Positions 38,064-47,882 of a DNA stretch of 64,000 nucleotides are shown here, piece by piece. The DNA is from Deltaproteobacteria bacterium (GTDB lineage Bacteria; Myxococcota; Kuafuiibacteriia; Kuafuiibacteriales; Kuafuiibacteriaceae). A program made the position numbers and the translations under genes. Within the stretch, counting starts at the first letter, position 1. The number at the start of each line of letters is the position of its first letter. The DNA is taken from positions 32,001 through 96,000 of the forward strand of contig JAVJQW010000012.1 in the NCBI GenBank assembly GCA_040218735.1, read 5' to 3'. The notes beneath the pieces were generated by a model. The model had not been told where the DNA came from and made no database searches. It saw only the letters and a program-made list of their open reading frames with translations.

Positions 38064-39371
38064 TTAGAACGACTGCTGCGAGTCGAGCTCGTACTGCGTC
38101 TTGCGCATCGTCTTGCGCTGTTTGTTCCAGCTGCGCTCGTCGAGGTTGCTCGCGTCGTCGAGGTTCTTGGTGCTGTACGTGTTGAGGCGCTTCGACTTGT
38201 ACTTCCTCGCCTTTCTCTGGAGCCAGCCCGCGTTGTCGCGCAGCACCTTCTCCGCCTCACGCACCTTGCCCTGGTCGCGGAGCGCGACAGCTTCGCGGTT
38301 CTGCGCCACGGCAATCGACTCGTAGGCGGCGACCATCACCGCGCGGTTCTCGGCGCGGGCGACCTCGTTCTTCGAACGCGTGAACGACAGCTGCACGGTG
38401 TCCTTCGTGCGCTCCGTCTTGCCGGTCGCCATGTTCGCGTAGGACAGCGAAACGTCCGCGGCGCTGAGGTTGGTGTTCGCGCCCTGCGGCGACACTTCGA
38501 TCTCCAACAGGAAGAACTTCTCCTGCTTGGCGTAGAGCTGGTTCAGCCCGAGGACCACTTCTTGGCCGTGGATCTCGCCGTCGCGGTTCAGCACGCGCAC
38601 CGGGCGGATGCCCTCCGCGAGCTTCACGGTCATCGACAGCTCCTGCGCCACGACCGAGAGGACGTCGCCGAGCTCGTAGCCAAAGATCTTCACGAGCGCC
38701 TCGCCGTTCTCCGCGAACGCGTGGTTGCCGTCGCTGCGGCGCGCGAGCTGCTCCATGAGGTCTTCGTTGTACCCGAGGCCCAAACCGATCGTCGTGACGG
38801 CGATGCCCTCCTTGCCCGCGGCCGCACCGAGTCGACCGAGCTCGTTCGGCGAGCTGGGGCCCACGTTCGCCTGACCGTCCGACAACAGGATCACGCGGTT
38901 GACGCGCTGATCGTCGAGGAACTTACGCACCTCTTCGATGCCGCGGCTCACGCCCGCGAACAGCGCGGTGGACCCGCGCGGACGAATGCGGCGAATGCGC
39001 TGCGCTATCATCTCGCGGTCGGTGACCTTCGTCGCCGGGACGAGGACCTCGACGCCGTTGTCGTAGGCGACCACGGAGAGGATGTCGTTGGTGCCGAGCC
39101 GCTCGAGCACGAGCAGCGCGGCCTCACGCGCCTTGGCGATCTTGTCGCCGCTCATGGAGCTGGATCGGTCGATGACGAGCGAGAGGTTCACCGGCGTGCG
39201 CGAGGCGTCTTCGCGCTCGAAGCCGGTGACGGAGAGTTTGAGGTAGTTCGTGTTCTTCTGGTTGGCGAGGAGGATGGGTTTGCCGAGCTCGGCCCCGAGC
39301 TTCAGGGGGGCGGCTTCGGCCGACGAGGCCACGAGCAGGGCGAGGGCGGCGACGGTGACGGTTCGATTCAT
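38064..39371 (-). CDS. Exported VWA-domain protein (YfbK-like)
   Basis: Signal peptide; MIDAS DRSSSM, GSTAL, LSDGQAN. Confidence 0.9.
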   Translation of the reverse strand: MNRTVTVAALALLVASSAEAAPLKLGAELGKPILLANQKNTNYLKLSVTGFEREDASRTPVNLSLVIDRSSSMSGDKIAKAREAALLVLERLGTNDILSVVAYDNGVEVLVPATKVTDREMIAQRIRRIRPRGSTALFAGVSRGIEEVRKFLDDQRVNRVILLSDGQANVGPSSPNELGRLGAAAGKEGIAVTTIGLGLGYNEDLMEQLARRSDGNHAFAENGEALVKIFGYELGDVLSVVAQELSMTVKLAEGIRPVRVLNRDGEIHGQEVVLGLNQLYAKQEKFFLLEIEVSPQGANTNLSAADVSLSYANMATGKTERTKDTVQLSFTRSKNEVARAENRAVMVAAYESIAVAQNREAVALRDQGKVREAEKVLRDNAGWLQRKARKYKSKRLNTYSTKNLDDASNLDERSWNKQRKTMRKTQYELDSQQSF

Positions 39372-39463
39372 GGGTGTGGGTGTCTCCTTGACCATCACGC
39401 TAGAGAAGTTGCCCCGGGCGGTGGTCTGCCGTCCGTAAATGGGTTGTAAAGCAATCGTAAAAC

Positions 39464-40642
39464 GTGGGCCGGGTTCGACGCATCCTCGTGCTGTCCGCGC
39501 TCTACCTCGCGCAGGGGATGCCGTTCGGCCTCCAGGCCAACGCCCTCCCCGCGTATCTGCGCGAAGCGGGCCTCTCGCTCACCACGATCGGCCTCGCGGG
39601 TGTGCTCGCGGTCCCCTGGATGCTCAAGCCGCTGTGGGCGCCGATCGTGGATCGGTGGTTCGAGCGGCGCCGGTGGATCCAGGTGCTGCTCGGGCTGCTC
39701 GCGCTCCTCTCCCTCGTCGGTTCGCAGCTCGCGCTCGATGACATCCGCGTCCTCGCGCTCCTCGTCCTGCTCATGAATGCGCTGGCCGCGACGCAGGACA
39801 TCGCGGTCGACGGGCTCGCCGTGGACATCCTCGCGGAGGACGAGCTGGGCCCGGGCAACGCCGCGCAAGTGGTCGGCTACAAACTCGGCATGATCCTCGG
39901 CGGCGGGGTGCTCGTCGCTCTCGCCGGCCCCGCGAAGCTCCCCGGCCTCTTCCTGTGGATGGCGGGCGCGTTCGTGCTGGTGCTGCTCCTCGCGCTCACC
40001 CTCCCCGGCGGCGACGCGACCGCAGAACCGAACCTGTCGCTCTTCGCGATCCTGCGGCGACTGTTCGGCTCGCTCGCGCTGCCCGGCGCCGTCTGGCTGT
40101 ACGCGGTCGTCGGGACCTACAAACTCGGCGAGACGCTGATCGACGCGATGTACAAACCGTTCCTCGTCGACCTCGGCTACTCCGCCGAGCGCATCGGCGT
40201 CCTCGCCGGGACGTACGGGATGATCGCGAGCGTCGCCGGTTCGATCTGCGGCGGCGCGCTCGCGCGGTACCGCCCGGTGCTCACCGCGGTCGCGATCGCC
40301 GCGACGCTGCGCGTGTTTCCGCTCGCCGCCGAGTGGTGGATGACGACCGGCGCGCCGTCCGAGCTCGCCGTCGCGACCATCACCGCCGCCGAGCACTTCT
40401 TCGGCGGCCTCCTCACCACCACGGTGTTCGCGCTGATGATGTCGCGCGTCGACCCGCGGATCGGCGCGACGCACTTCACGCTGCTCGCGGCGGTCGAGGT
40501 CTGGGGCAAGCTCCCGGTCGGCGCGGCGTCCGGCGTGCTCGCGGATCGCGTCGGCTACACGACGGCGTTCGGACTCGGCGTCGGCCTGTCCGTGGCGTTC
40601 CTGGCCCTCCTCTTGCCGTTGTCACGAACGCGCTCCGCCTGA
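39464..40642 (+). CDS. MFS transporter, AmpG/RhtX-like
   Basis: LYLAQGMPFG, PWMLKPLWAPIVD, ATQDIAVDG. Confidence 0.9.
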   Translation: MGRVRRILVLSALYLAQGMPFGLQANALPAYLREAGLSLTTIGLAGVLAVPWMLKPLWAPIVDRWFERRRWIQVLLGLLALLSLVGSQLALDDIRVLALLVLLMNALAATQDIAVDGLAVDILAEDELGPGNAAQVVGYKLGMILGGGVLVALAGPAKLPGLFLWMAGAFVLVLLLALTLPGGDATAEPNLSLFAILRRLFGSLALPGAVWLYAVVGTYKLGETLIDAMYKPFLVDLGYSAERIGVLAGTYGMIASVAGSICGGALARYRPVLTAVAIAATLRVFPLAAEWWMTTGAPSELAVATITAAEHFFGGLLTTTVFALMMSRVDPRIGATHFTLLAAVEVWGKLPVGAASGVLADRVGYTTAFGLGVGLSVAFLALLLPLSRTRSA

Positions 40643-40683
40643 CGAGTTGCCACGCGGTCCGGCCCGCGTTACGTCGGCTCGCG

Positions 40684-41958
40684 ATGGCCACCGCCGCGGC
40701 CTGGACCCCCACCCAGCGAGCGAATCAGCTCAAGAAGTGGCGCGTGCTGATGTTCGCGTGCACGTGGCTCACCTACGCCACGTTCTACCTGACGCGGAAG
40801 AACTACGCCGTCGCGCAGCCCGCCTTCATGGAGGCGCTCGGCTGGGGCGCCGACGACGTCGGCATCATCATCACGACGTACCTCACCGTGTACGCCATCG
40901 GGCAGTTCACGAACGGCGTCCTCACCGACCGCGTCGGCCCGCGCATCATGATCGCGGTGGGGCTCGGGCTCTCCGCTGCTCTCGCCATCGGCCTGAGCCT
41001 CTCCGGCACCATCGTGTTGATGACCGTGCTCTACGGCGCGAACGGCTTCGCGCAGTCGATGGGCTGGCCGTCCGTCACCAAGGCGATGACGAACTGGATC
41101 CCCGTCAGCATGCGCGGACGCGTGATGGGCTTGTGGGGCACCTGCTACCCGGCGGGCGACGCCATCGCGACGGGCTTCGCCGCGTTGATCCTCGCGTCGT
41201 TCGGGTGGCGCGCCGCGTTCTTCGTGCCCGCCGCGCTCGCCGCTTCGATCGGCGCGGGCATCGTGTTCATCATGCGCAACCACCCGCGGGACGTCGGCCT
41301 CGCGACGGACGGTCCGTCGCGGTCGAGCTCGGACGCGCGCGGCGGCCACTGGACCGACTCGGTCAAACACCTGAAGAACGGTCGCGTCATCGTGCTGGGC
41401 ATCGCGTACTTCTGCCTGAAGTTCGTGCGCTACTCGCTCTTGTTCTGGATCGGCGTGTACCTCGTCGAGGGGCTGAAGTTCTCGCCGGAGGACGCCGGCT
41501 ACCTCCAAGTCCCGTTCCCGCTCGTAGGGCTCACCGGGAGCATCTTCGGCGGTTGGCTGTCCGATAAACTCTTCGGCGCACGCCGCGCGCCCGCTGCGGC
41601 GGTGATGCTGGCGTGCCTGATCGTGATGTTGCTCTTCCTGCAGGTCGCGCCGGCGAACTTCTACGTCATCGCGATCGCGTACGGGCTCGTGGGTTTCTTC
41701 CTGTTCGGCCCGGACATGCTGATCAGCGGCACGGCGGCGATGGACTTCGGCAGCGAAGAGGCCGCCGCGACCGTCGCGGGGTTCGTGAACGGCGTCGGTG
41801 CGATCGGCGCCGCGCTGTCGGGCGTGGTGATCGGCAACGTCTCGAAGATGTTCGGGTGGCCCGCGGTGTTCTACCTGCTGATGGCGATGGTCGCGGCGTG
41901 CGCCGTGGTCACCGCCACGTTATGGAACGCGCGCGGCGACGCTCAAGCGACGGCGTAG
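40684..41958 (+). CDS. MFS organophosphate:Pi antiporter family (GlpT/UhpC/SLC37-like)
   Basis: YLTRKNY, QSMGWP, YFCLKFVRYSLLFW, GWLSDK, AGFVNGVG. Confidence 0.9.
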   Translation: MATAAAWTPTQRANQLKKWRVLMFACTWLTYATFYLTRKNYAVAQPAFMEALGWGADDVGIIITTYLTVYAIGQFTNGVLTDRVGPRIMIAVGLGLSAALAIGLSLSGTIVLMTVLYGANGFAQSMGWPSVTKAMTNWIPVSMRGRVMGLWGTCYPAGDAIATGFAALILASFGWRAAFFVPAALAASIGAGIVFIMRNHPRDVGLATDGPSRSSSDARGGHWTDSVKHLKNGRVIVLGIAYFCLKFVRYSLLFWIGVYLVEGLKFSPEDAGYLQVPFPLVGLTGSIFGGWLSDKLFGARRAPAAAVMLACLIVMLLFLQVAPANFYVIAIAYGLVGFFLFGPDMLISGTAAMDFGSEEAAATVAGFVNGVGAIGAALSGVVIGNVSKMFGWPAVFYLLMAMVAACAVVTATLWNARGDAQATA

Positions 41959-42272
41959 CGCGCGAGGTGCGGCCCGAGTCGGCCGGTCCACATCAGCGCC
42001 CACATCTTGAAGTCGGCGATCAGCGACCACAGCGGATACTTGAACGTCGCGGGACGGTTCTTCTCCACGAAGAAGTGCGACACCCAGGCAAACGCGTACC
42101 CGGGGACGAGCGCCGCGGCGAGCAGCCACAGCGGCCCTGCGGTGACCGCGGTGACCACGATCGCGACCGCGATGTTGGTCCCGACCCAGTGCATCCACCG
42201 GGTGACGGGTTTGCTGTGCTCTTGGAGGTAGTACGGCCAGAAGGCCTCGAAGGACTGCAGGCGATCGCTCAT
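41943..42272 (-). CDS. DUF962/Mpo1-like membrane protein
   Basis: FWPYYLQEHS..RWMHWVG; AWVSHFFVEKNRPATF. Confidence 0.9.
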   Translation of the reverse strand: MSDRLQSFEAFWPYYLQEHSKPVTRWMHWVGTNIAVAIVVTAVTAGPLWLLAAALVPGYAFAWVSHFFVEKNRPATFKYPLWSLIADFKMWALMWTGRLGPHLARYAVA

Positions 42273-42337
42273 CGCCGTGAGCGTGCCGTGTCGGATTTGG
42301 GCTCGCCATCGGTCGACCATCGCGCGATTTTCCCGGC

Positions 42338-43453
42338 GTGGGGTTGCTCGATGCGATTCGTCGGACGCGCGCGCCGGGGCGCTCGGCGCACGACCTCGGA
42401 CCGCCCGTCGACGTCCGGGGAAAACGCGTCCTCGTCGTGTACCTCTTCCGCGCGTTGGGCGACGCCGTGCTGGTCGCACCGGCGGTCCAGGCGCTGTTCG
42501 ACGCGGGCGCGGAGTCGGTCGACGTGGTCGTGCAGAAGGGCCCTGCGCGCGTCCTGAAGTACGTCGCGTTGCCCTGGAAGCTGCACCCGCTCCCCGAGGC
42601 GCTCGACCTCCCGGCGGAGGACCCGAAGGACAAGAAGTCGCCGTGGCGCGCGCCCGACGTCCGCGAGGCCGCGGAGAAGCTGGAGAAGAGGCTCGCGCGC
42701 CGAAAGTTCGACGTCGCGATCGACCTCACCGCGCGCGCCGACGTCGACGGGCGCCGGTGGGTGAAGGCGTCCGGCGCCGAGCACCGACTCGGGTGGATCG
42801 TCGACGGCGAGACCGCGGAGCAAGTCGGGTTGACGTTCGGGACGAAGGACGTGCGCTTCCAGACGGATCGGCACTGGTCGAAGTTCCAGGTCCTCCCGAT
42901 GCGCTGCCTCGGGGTACATCGGCCGGCGTTCGAGCTCGGCTTCGAGCTCCCGGACAAGGCGTTGGCGAAGGCCGACGAGCTGTGGGGCGCGGGTCCGCGC
43001 GTGGTGATCGTCCCGGGGTCGCGTCAGGAGGAGCGCCGGTGGCGACCGGAGTGTTTCGCGCGCGTGGGGCGCTGGGTGACGGAGCGCGGCGGCTCGGTCG
43101 TGGTCTGCGGCTCACCCGACGAACGCAAGCTGGTGCGTTCGGTGCAGCGTTTGATCGGCGACGGCGCAGAGATCTACGCGAATCAGGATCTAGGCGCGCT
43201 CCTCGCGCTGCTCGAGTCGGCGGATGCGGTGGTCACGAACGATACGGGCCCGATGCACTTCGCCTTCCTGATGCAGCGGCCGACGCTCGCGATCTTCACG
43301 TACATGTCGCCGCTCGTCTGGGGGCCTCCGGTTCAGGACCCGCGCTACGTGGTGATGACCGCGCAGGCGCGCACGGAGACGACCGCCGCCGACGAAATCC
43401 AGGCGCGCGCCGCCGTTCACTACCTGGAGGGGCTCCTCGAGTGTGCACGCTGA
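42338..43453 (+). CDS. GT9 glycosyltransferase (heptosyltransferase-like)
   Basis: ALGDAVL, FDVAIDL, PGS..RRW, VTNDTGPMHFA. Confidence 0.88.
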   Translation: MGLLDAIRRTRAPGRSAHDLGPPVDVRGKRVLVVYLFRALGDAVLVAPAVQALFDAGAESVDVVVQKGPARVLKYVALPWKLHPLPEALDLPAEDPKDKKSPWRAPDVREAAEKLEKRLARRKFDVAIDLTARADVDGRRWVKASGAEHRLGWIVDGETAEQVGLTFGTKDVRFQTDRHWSKFQVLPMRCLGVHRPAFELGFELPDKALAKADELWGAGPRVVIVPGSRQEERRWRPECFARVGRWVTERGGSVVVCGSPDERKLVRSVQRLIGDGAEIYANQDLGALLALLESADAVVTNDTGPMHFAFLMQRPTLAIFTYMSPLVWGPPVQDPRYVVMTAQARTETTAADEIQARAAVHYLEGLLECAR

Positions 43454-44157
43454 TCGTCTTCTTCCGCGCGTACGACGACGCCCCGCTGATCGTCGCCGCC
43501 AACCGCGACGAACGCCTCGACCGCCCCGCGCGCCCGCCGTTCGCTTGGGAGGGTGAAGACTTCGTCGCGCCCCGCGACGAGGTCGCGCTCGGCACATGGA
43601 TGGGCGTCAATCGGAGCGGCGTCTTCGTGGGGATCACGAACCGTCACCAGGCCTTCGTCGACGCGCAGCGCCCGAGCCGCGGCCGCCTCGTGGTGGAGGC
43701 GCTCCGGCAGGGGAGCGCGCGCGATGCGTTCGAGAGGATGCGGCAGTACGACGGTGGTGACGAGAACGGCTTTCACCTCGTCATGGCGGACTCGGAGGCA
43801 GCGTACCTCGTGTGGGGCGACGGGGAGCGCACGCACGAAGCGGAGCTGGAGCCTGGCGTTCACGTCGTCACGGAGCGGAGCTTCGACGCAGCACCGACGG
43901 AGCGGGAGCCGCGAATTAGGGCGCGCGTGGAGGCGATGACGGAGGCACCGGGGGACGAGGCGCTGGTTCGGTTGCTGACGCTGCAGGAGGACGGCGGCGG
44001 GTTCGACGACGTGACGGTGCACGTGCCGGACTTCAACTATGGAACGCGATCGGCTTCGATCGTGCGGCTGGGCGCGGAGCCGGTGTTCCGGCACGCCGCG
44101 GGGCCGCCGACGACGACGGGGTTCGAGGATTTCTCGCAGCTGCTGAGGCGCCGGTAG
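43441..44157 (+). CDS. NRDE/TANGO2 family protein
   Basis: Starts (M)CTL; AANRDE; GTWMGVN; SRGRLV; YGTRS. Confidence 0.93.
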   Translation: MCTLIVFFRAYDDAPLIVAANRDERLDRPARPPFAWEGEDFVAPRDEVALGTWMGVNRSGVFVGITNRHQAFVDAQRPSRGRLVVEALRQGSARDAFERMRQYDGGDENGFHLVMADSEAAYLVWGDGERTHEAELEPGVHVVTERSFDAAPTEREPRIRARVEAMTEAPGDEALVRLLTLQEDGGGFDDVTVHVPDFNYGTRSASIVRLGAEPVFRHAAGPPTTTGFEDFSQLLRRR

Positions 44158-44282
44158 CGTTCGATGGGCGGGGTCTATGCGGGCGGTGTGGGATCGGGCG
44201 CCTCGCGCTTCGGAGGGTCCCGCATTCTGAACACGGGCCCCACACCCGAACACGGGGTGCGAAATCCTCTGAAGTAGCTCCA

Positions 44283-44510
44283 TCCGGTCGAAGCTCCCCT
44301 CGCGGTCCCTAGCTAGGTACGCGCTTCGGAACGCCTCCGCGCACGGTCTCGAGCGTCTTCTTGTATCGCGCCGGTGCTCGAATCACTCGCCTGCTTCGCA
44401 GTCGTGTCGTGCTTCTCGTAGCCGAGGTGCGACGTGGACTCGCCCGCCAGCGCGCGCTCGACCTGCGGCGCCCGTCTGGATCCCGATCGTCCGACCAGGG
44501 CGTTACGAAG
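44283..44510 (-). mobile_element. Decayed IS256-family transposase N-terminal fragment
   Basis: Minus strand reads VERALAGESTSHLGYEKHD, then YKKTLETVRG..VP, then RDREGSFD across two frameshifts and a stop; matches IS256 pattern ERAL..E...HLGY..KT..T..G..VPRDR.GSF. Confidence 0.7.
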
Positions 44511-45410
44511 TCTTCTGAACTATCTCATCCGGGAAACGCGAAGTTCCCCAGAAGCGCGCCGTGCACGCCAGGGTCCGCACGGACATCACGGCGTCGGCCC
44601 CACGCCCGACGCCGACATCAAGTCACCGCGAGGGCGTCTGGGGTGCGCGTCGTACGAACGCGGCGTGTGCCCGATCGAGCTCCTCGTGAACGTCGACCAA
44701 TCCCGGTAGCGCCCCGAACCCCACCACAACACCCGGAAGCTGAGCCACCGAAACTTCGATTTCGGTCCGGAGACACACCAATGCCGCCCCTCCCTCCAAC
44801 TCGTCGACATCCAGCCCCCTTCTGCGACCAATCCCACCCACTCGCGCCCCACGCCTAACAACCCCACGAGGGACCCCAGTAGCCCACTGCTGATGCCGTC
44901 CGTGCAACGGCGGTCGAGGAAGCTCGGCCGTGACCACATCGATCGCTGGCTGGTGAGCGGAGAGGCTCGGGGCGTTGGCCGTGCGCCGTAACGATGGCCG
45001 TGCTGGTCGCGGTGCGAGGAGGCGCGCCGACTCGCGTGTACGCCGTGTCATTTCTCGGCCGTGGCCCTTGGGTCCGGGCGAGCGCGGGCGCGCGAGGTTT
45101 GCGGTGCAGAGCTCGCTCGAAAGGACCGCCTTTGGTGGGCGTTTGGCTTGGCTGCGTTTCTCGTGGTGTTGCAAGTTGTGTTGACGCGGCGCTCGTAGGC
45201 GCGACGCGGTGTCGAAGGGACGGACTGGGGATCGAGCTTGGTCAGCGCGCGGCACCACCGCCCAACCTTGGAGCCACCTGAGTCGTGACCCCAGAGCGCG
45301 TTTGGATGACGGTCGTCGCCAAGCCGACCGCTCGACGTGATCGCCTCGCTTCCGAAGCCCTCGGCCGCGCGGACCGCCTGCCGCGGCCGCTCCGACAAAT
45401 CACGCTCGCT

Positions 45411-45444
45411 CAATAAGTCGCGCCCGCTCCAATAAGTCGCGCCC
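45411..45444. repeat. 15-bp direct repeat CAATAAGTCGCGCCC x2 upstream of RAYT
   Basis: Copies at 45411-45425 and 45430-45444. Confidence 0.75.
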
Positions 45445-45512
45445 CCTCATTCGGACGCAGGCTGCAACGAACTGCTTGCCAACCGGGGATACAATTGTTA
45501 GCCTTATTCAAG

Positions 45513-46199
45513 ATGCAAGGCGTCCTTCATTTCCCCTTCCGACACGGCGGTGCTCGGAAGAACGCGGGTCGTAAGAAGGGCAAGGGGCGCCGCAACGTCG
45601 AGCACCGGCGGCGCGAGTCGATCCCCAAGAGTGCTCCGGTGCACGTGACGCTTCGGGTGTCGCGGGTCGTCGGGAACCTTCGAAGCAAGCGGCGGTTTCA
45701 GCCGATCAAGCGGGCGCTACGGGACGGCGCCGAACGCTTCGAGTGCCGCCTCGTGCACTTCTCCGTGCAGAAGAATCACCTGCACCTCCTGGTGGAGCCC
45801 CGAGACCGACGGTCACTCATGCGCGCGATGAAAGGACTTCAGGTTCGCTTGGCGCGTCGCCTGAACACCGCGCTGAAGCGCCGCGGGCAGGTCTTCTCGG
45901 ACCGCTATCACGCACACGTGCTGCGAACGCCTCGCGAGGCGCGCCACGCCATCGCTTACGTGCTGCTCAACGCGCGCAAACACGCCGCGCAAGGTGGCCA
46001 TACGCTCCCGAAGCGCTGGATCGATCCCTACTCGTCCGCGCGCTGGTTCGACCGGTTCGAGAACGGCGGAGCACGCTCGACGGACGAAGTCCGCATCGGC
46101 GGTCCGCCGCGCGTATGGCTGCTCCGGAGAGGGTGGCGCGACGCCGGACCGATCTACGTCGACGAAGTGCCCGACCGGCGCGCTCGCGGGCGCCCGTAG
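45513..46199 (+). mobile_element. REP-associated tyrosine transposase (RAYT, Y1 HUH)
   Basis: PVHVTLR, NHLHLLVE (HUH), GQVFSDRYH, YVLLN, DPYSS. Confidence 0.88.
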
Positions 46200-46341
46200 G
46201 TCGTCGGCCGGTAGCCGAACGACGCGAAGCCCCCAGAACCGCCGACACGGCGCGCGCGCGGGCGTCGGTGGGCCGTTGATGACGCGAAGCCCTCAGAACC
46301 GCCGACACGGCGCGGGCGCGGGCGTCCGTAGGCCGTTGGCC
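46185..46341. repeat. REP-like GTAG hairpin and 60-bp-period tandem repeat
   Basis: GTAG (46196) + GTCGTCGGC-cggta-GCCGAACGAC hairpin; 46221-46278 vs 46281-46338 differ at 4 of 58 nt. Confidence 0.75.
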
Positions 46342-46451
46342 CCGTCGCGCGAAGCTGGGGTCCCCGCTGCCACGACTTCGCCACATCTCGGGAACCAGAT
46401 CGCCTCCCCCCACCAACACCAACCCCACACGCGCCCACCATCCTGGACAGC

Positions 46452-47882
46452 GTGGGAGCCCCCTCGAAGACCACCGCCGCGAACCTCGCGACGCTCGCGC
46501 TCTGGTTCACCGCCTTCTCGCGGCCCCTCGCCTGGTGGGGCCGACGACTGGCCGGCGAGCCCTTTCAACTGCTCCTCGCGGTGATCGCCGCCGGGCTCCT
46601 CGGCCGGCTCGCGTACCGACACCGCGCCGCGATCGTCGCTCGCCTCGCCGCGCCCCCTACGCTCGCGCCGCTCCCGCTCGCGATGGTACTCGTCGCCGCG
46701 CCCGCGTTCCTCGCCGCGGAGCGGTGGCTCGACGTCAGCATCCTCTCCGCGTCGCTCTTCTCGCTCGGCACCTACGGGCTCTTCGGCCTGTACGCGTCCG
46801 AGACCACCTGGCGCCGCGGCGCCCCCGTCGCGCTGCTGCTGATGGGCCTGCTCCCCGTCGGCGCGCACCTCGACGCGTACGGCGGCTTCGTCCTCCGCGC
46901 GCTGAGCGCCGACGTCGCCTCCTCCCTCCTCGACGCGCTCGGCGTCCAACACGTGTCGAGCGAGACGATCCTCGTCCTCGAAAACGGCGTCGCCCACGTC
47001 GACATCCCGTGCAGCGGCATCCGCGGCCTGTGGACGGGCGCCCTCTTCTTCCTCGTCGCGACGATCCTCGCGCGCCGTGAGCTCGGCGTTCGCTTCGTCC
47101 TCGTCGGCGCACTTCACGCCGCCGCGATCGTCGCCGCCAACATCATCCGCGTCACCGCCATCACCCTGATCGCTGTCGAAGCCGACCTCCCCCGCGTCGC
47201 CTCGATCGTGCACGAACCACTCGGGCTCCTCGGCTTCATGCTCGCCGGCGCGATGAGCTGGGCGCTCCTCCGCGGTGCCCCCGCTCGGAACGCGCCACGT
47301 GCGCTCCCCCGCACCGCGCGCGTGCGCTGGGTCGTCGCCCTCACCGCGCTCCTCACGCTCGTCCTCCACAGCCCGCGACCGAAGGCCGCCACCGACGTCG
47401 CCCACGCGGCGATCGTCGCGCCCGCCGCGCTGAGGCCACACGCGCTCGCGCTCACCGCGGAGGAGATCGATCTGTTCTCCCGCTTCGGCGCTTCGGGCGC
47501 CGCCAAGTACGTCGGCGTCCTCGACGAACATCCGATCGAGCTGGTCCTCGTCGACAGCACCGCGTGGCGCGCGCACCACCCGCCCGAGCTGTGCCTCGCC
47601 GCGAGCGGTCACCGCATCCAGCGCATCGAAGACGTCGTCGTCGACGACCAACGCCGTTTCCGGCTCGCCAAGATCGAAGGGGATCGCGACGCGATCTTCT
47701 GGTTCCAGTCCGCGCACCGCACCACCGGACGCGCCCTCGACCGCATCTTCTCCGGGGTCTTCGATCGCGGCCGACGCTGGGTGCTCGTCAGCACTCTCGT
47801 CGACGACGACGCCGACCCCCGCGCCGTCTTCGAAGTCATCGCCAACGACCTGGCCGCCCAGATCGAAAGGAATTCGCCATGA
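46452..47882 (+). CDS. xrtO: Exosortase O
   Basis: Multi-TM; VDIPCSG (Cys), ANIIRV (Arg), IVHEPLG (His); HHPPELC C-terminal domain; coupled to a PEP-CTERM target. Confidence 0.85.
   Translation: MGAPSKTTAANLATLALWFTAFSRPLAWWGRRLAGEPFQLLLAVIAAGLLGRLAYRHRAAIVARLAAPPTLAPLPLAMVLVAAPAFLAAERWLDVSILSASLFSLGTYGLFGLYASETTWRRGAPVALLLMGLLPVGAHLDAYGGFVLRALSADVASSLLDALGVQHVSSETILVLENGVAHVDIPCSGIRGLWTGALFFLVATILARRELGVRFVLVGALHAAAIVAANIIRVTAITLIAVEADLPRVASIVHEPLGLLGFMLAGAMSWALLRGAPARNAPRALPRTARVRWVVALTALLTLVLHSPRPKAATDVAHAAIVAPAALRPHALALTAEEIDLFSRFGASGAAKYVGVLDEHPIELVLVDSTAWRAHHPPELCLAASGHRIQRIEDVVVDDQRRFRLAKIEGDRDAIFWFQSAHRTTGRALDRIFSGVFDRGRRWVLVSTLVDDDADPRAVFEVIANDLAAQIERNSP

Noticed and set aside
44361-45413. 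Several short ORFs in the gene-poor patch
   Set aside because: No motifs, weak codon bias, mutually overlapping
46221-46338. CRISPR mini-array
   Set aside because: Whole 60-bp units repeat with no unique spacers and there are no cas genes
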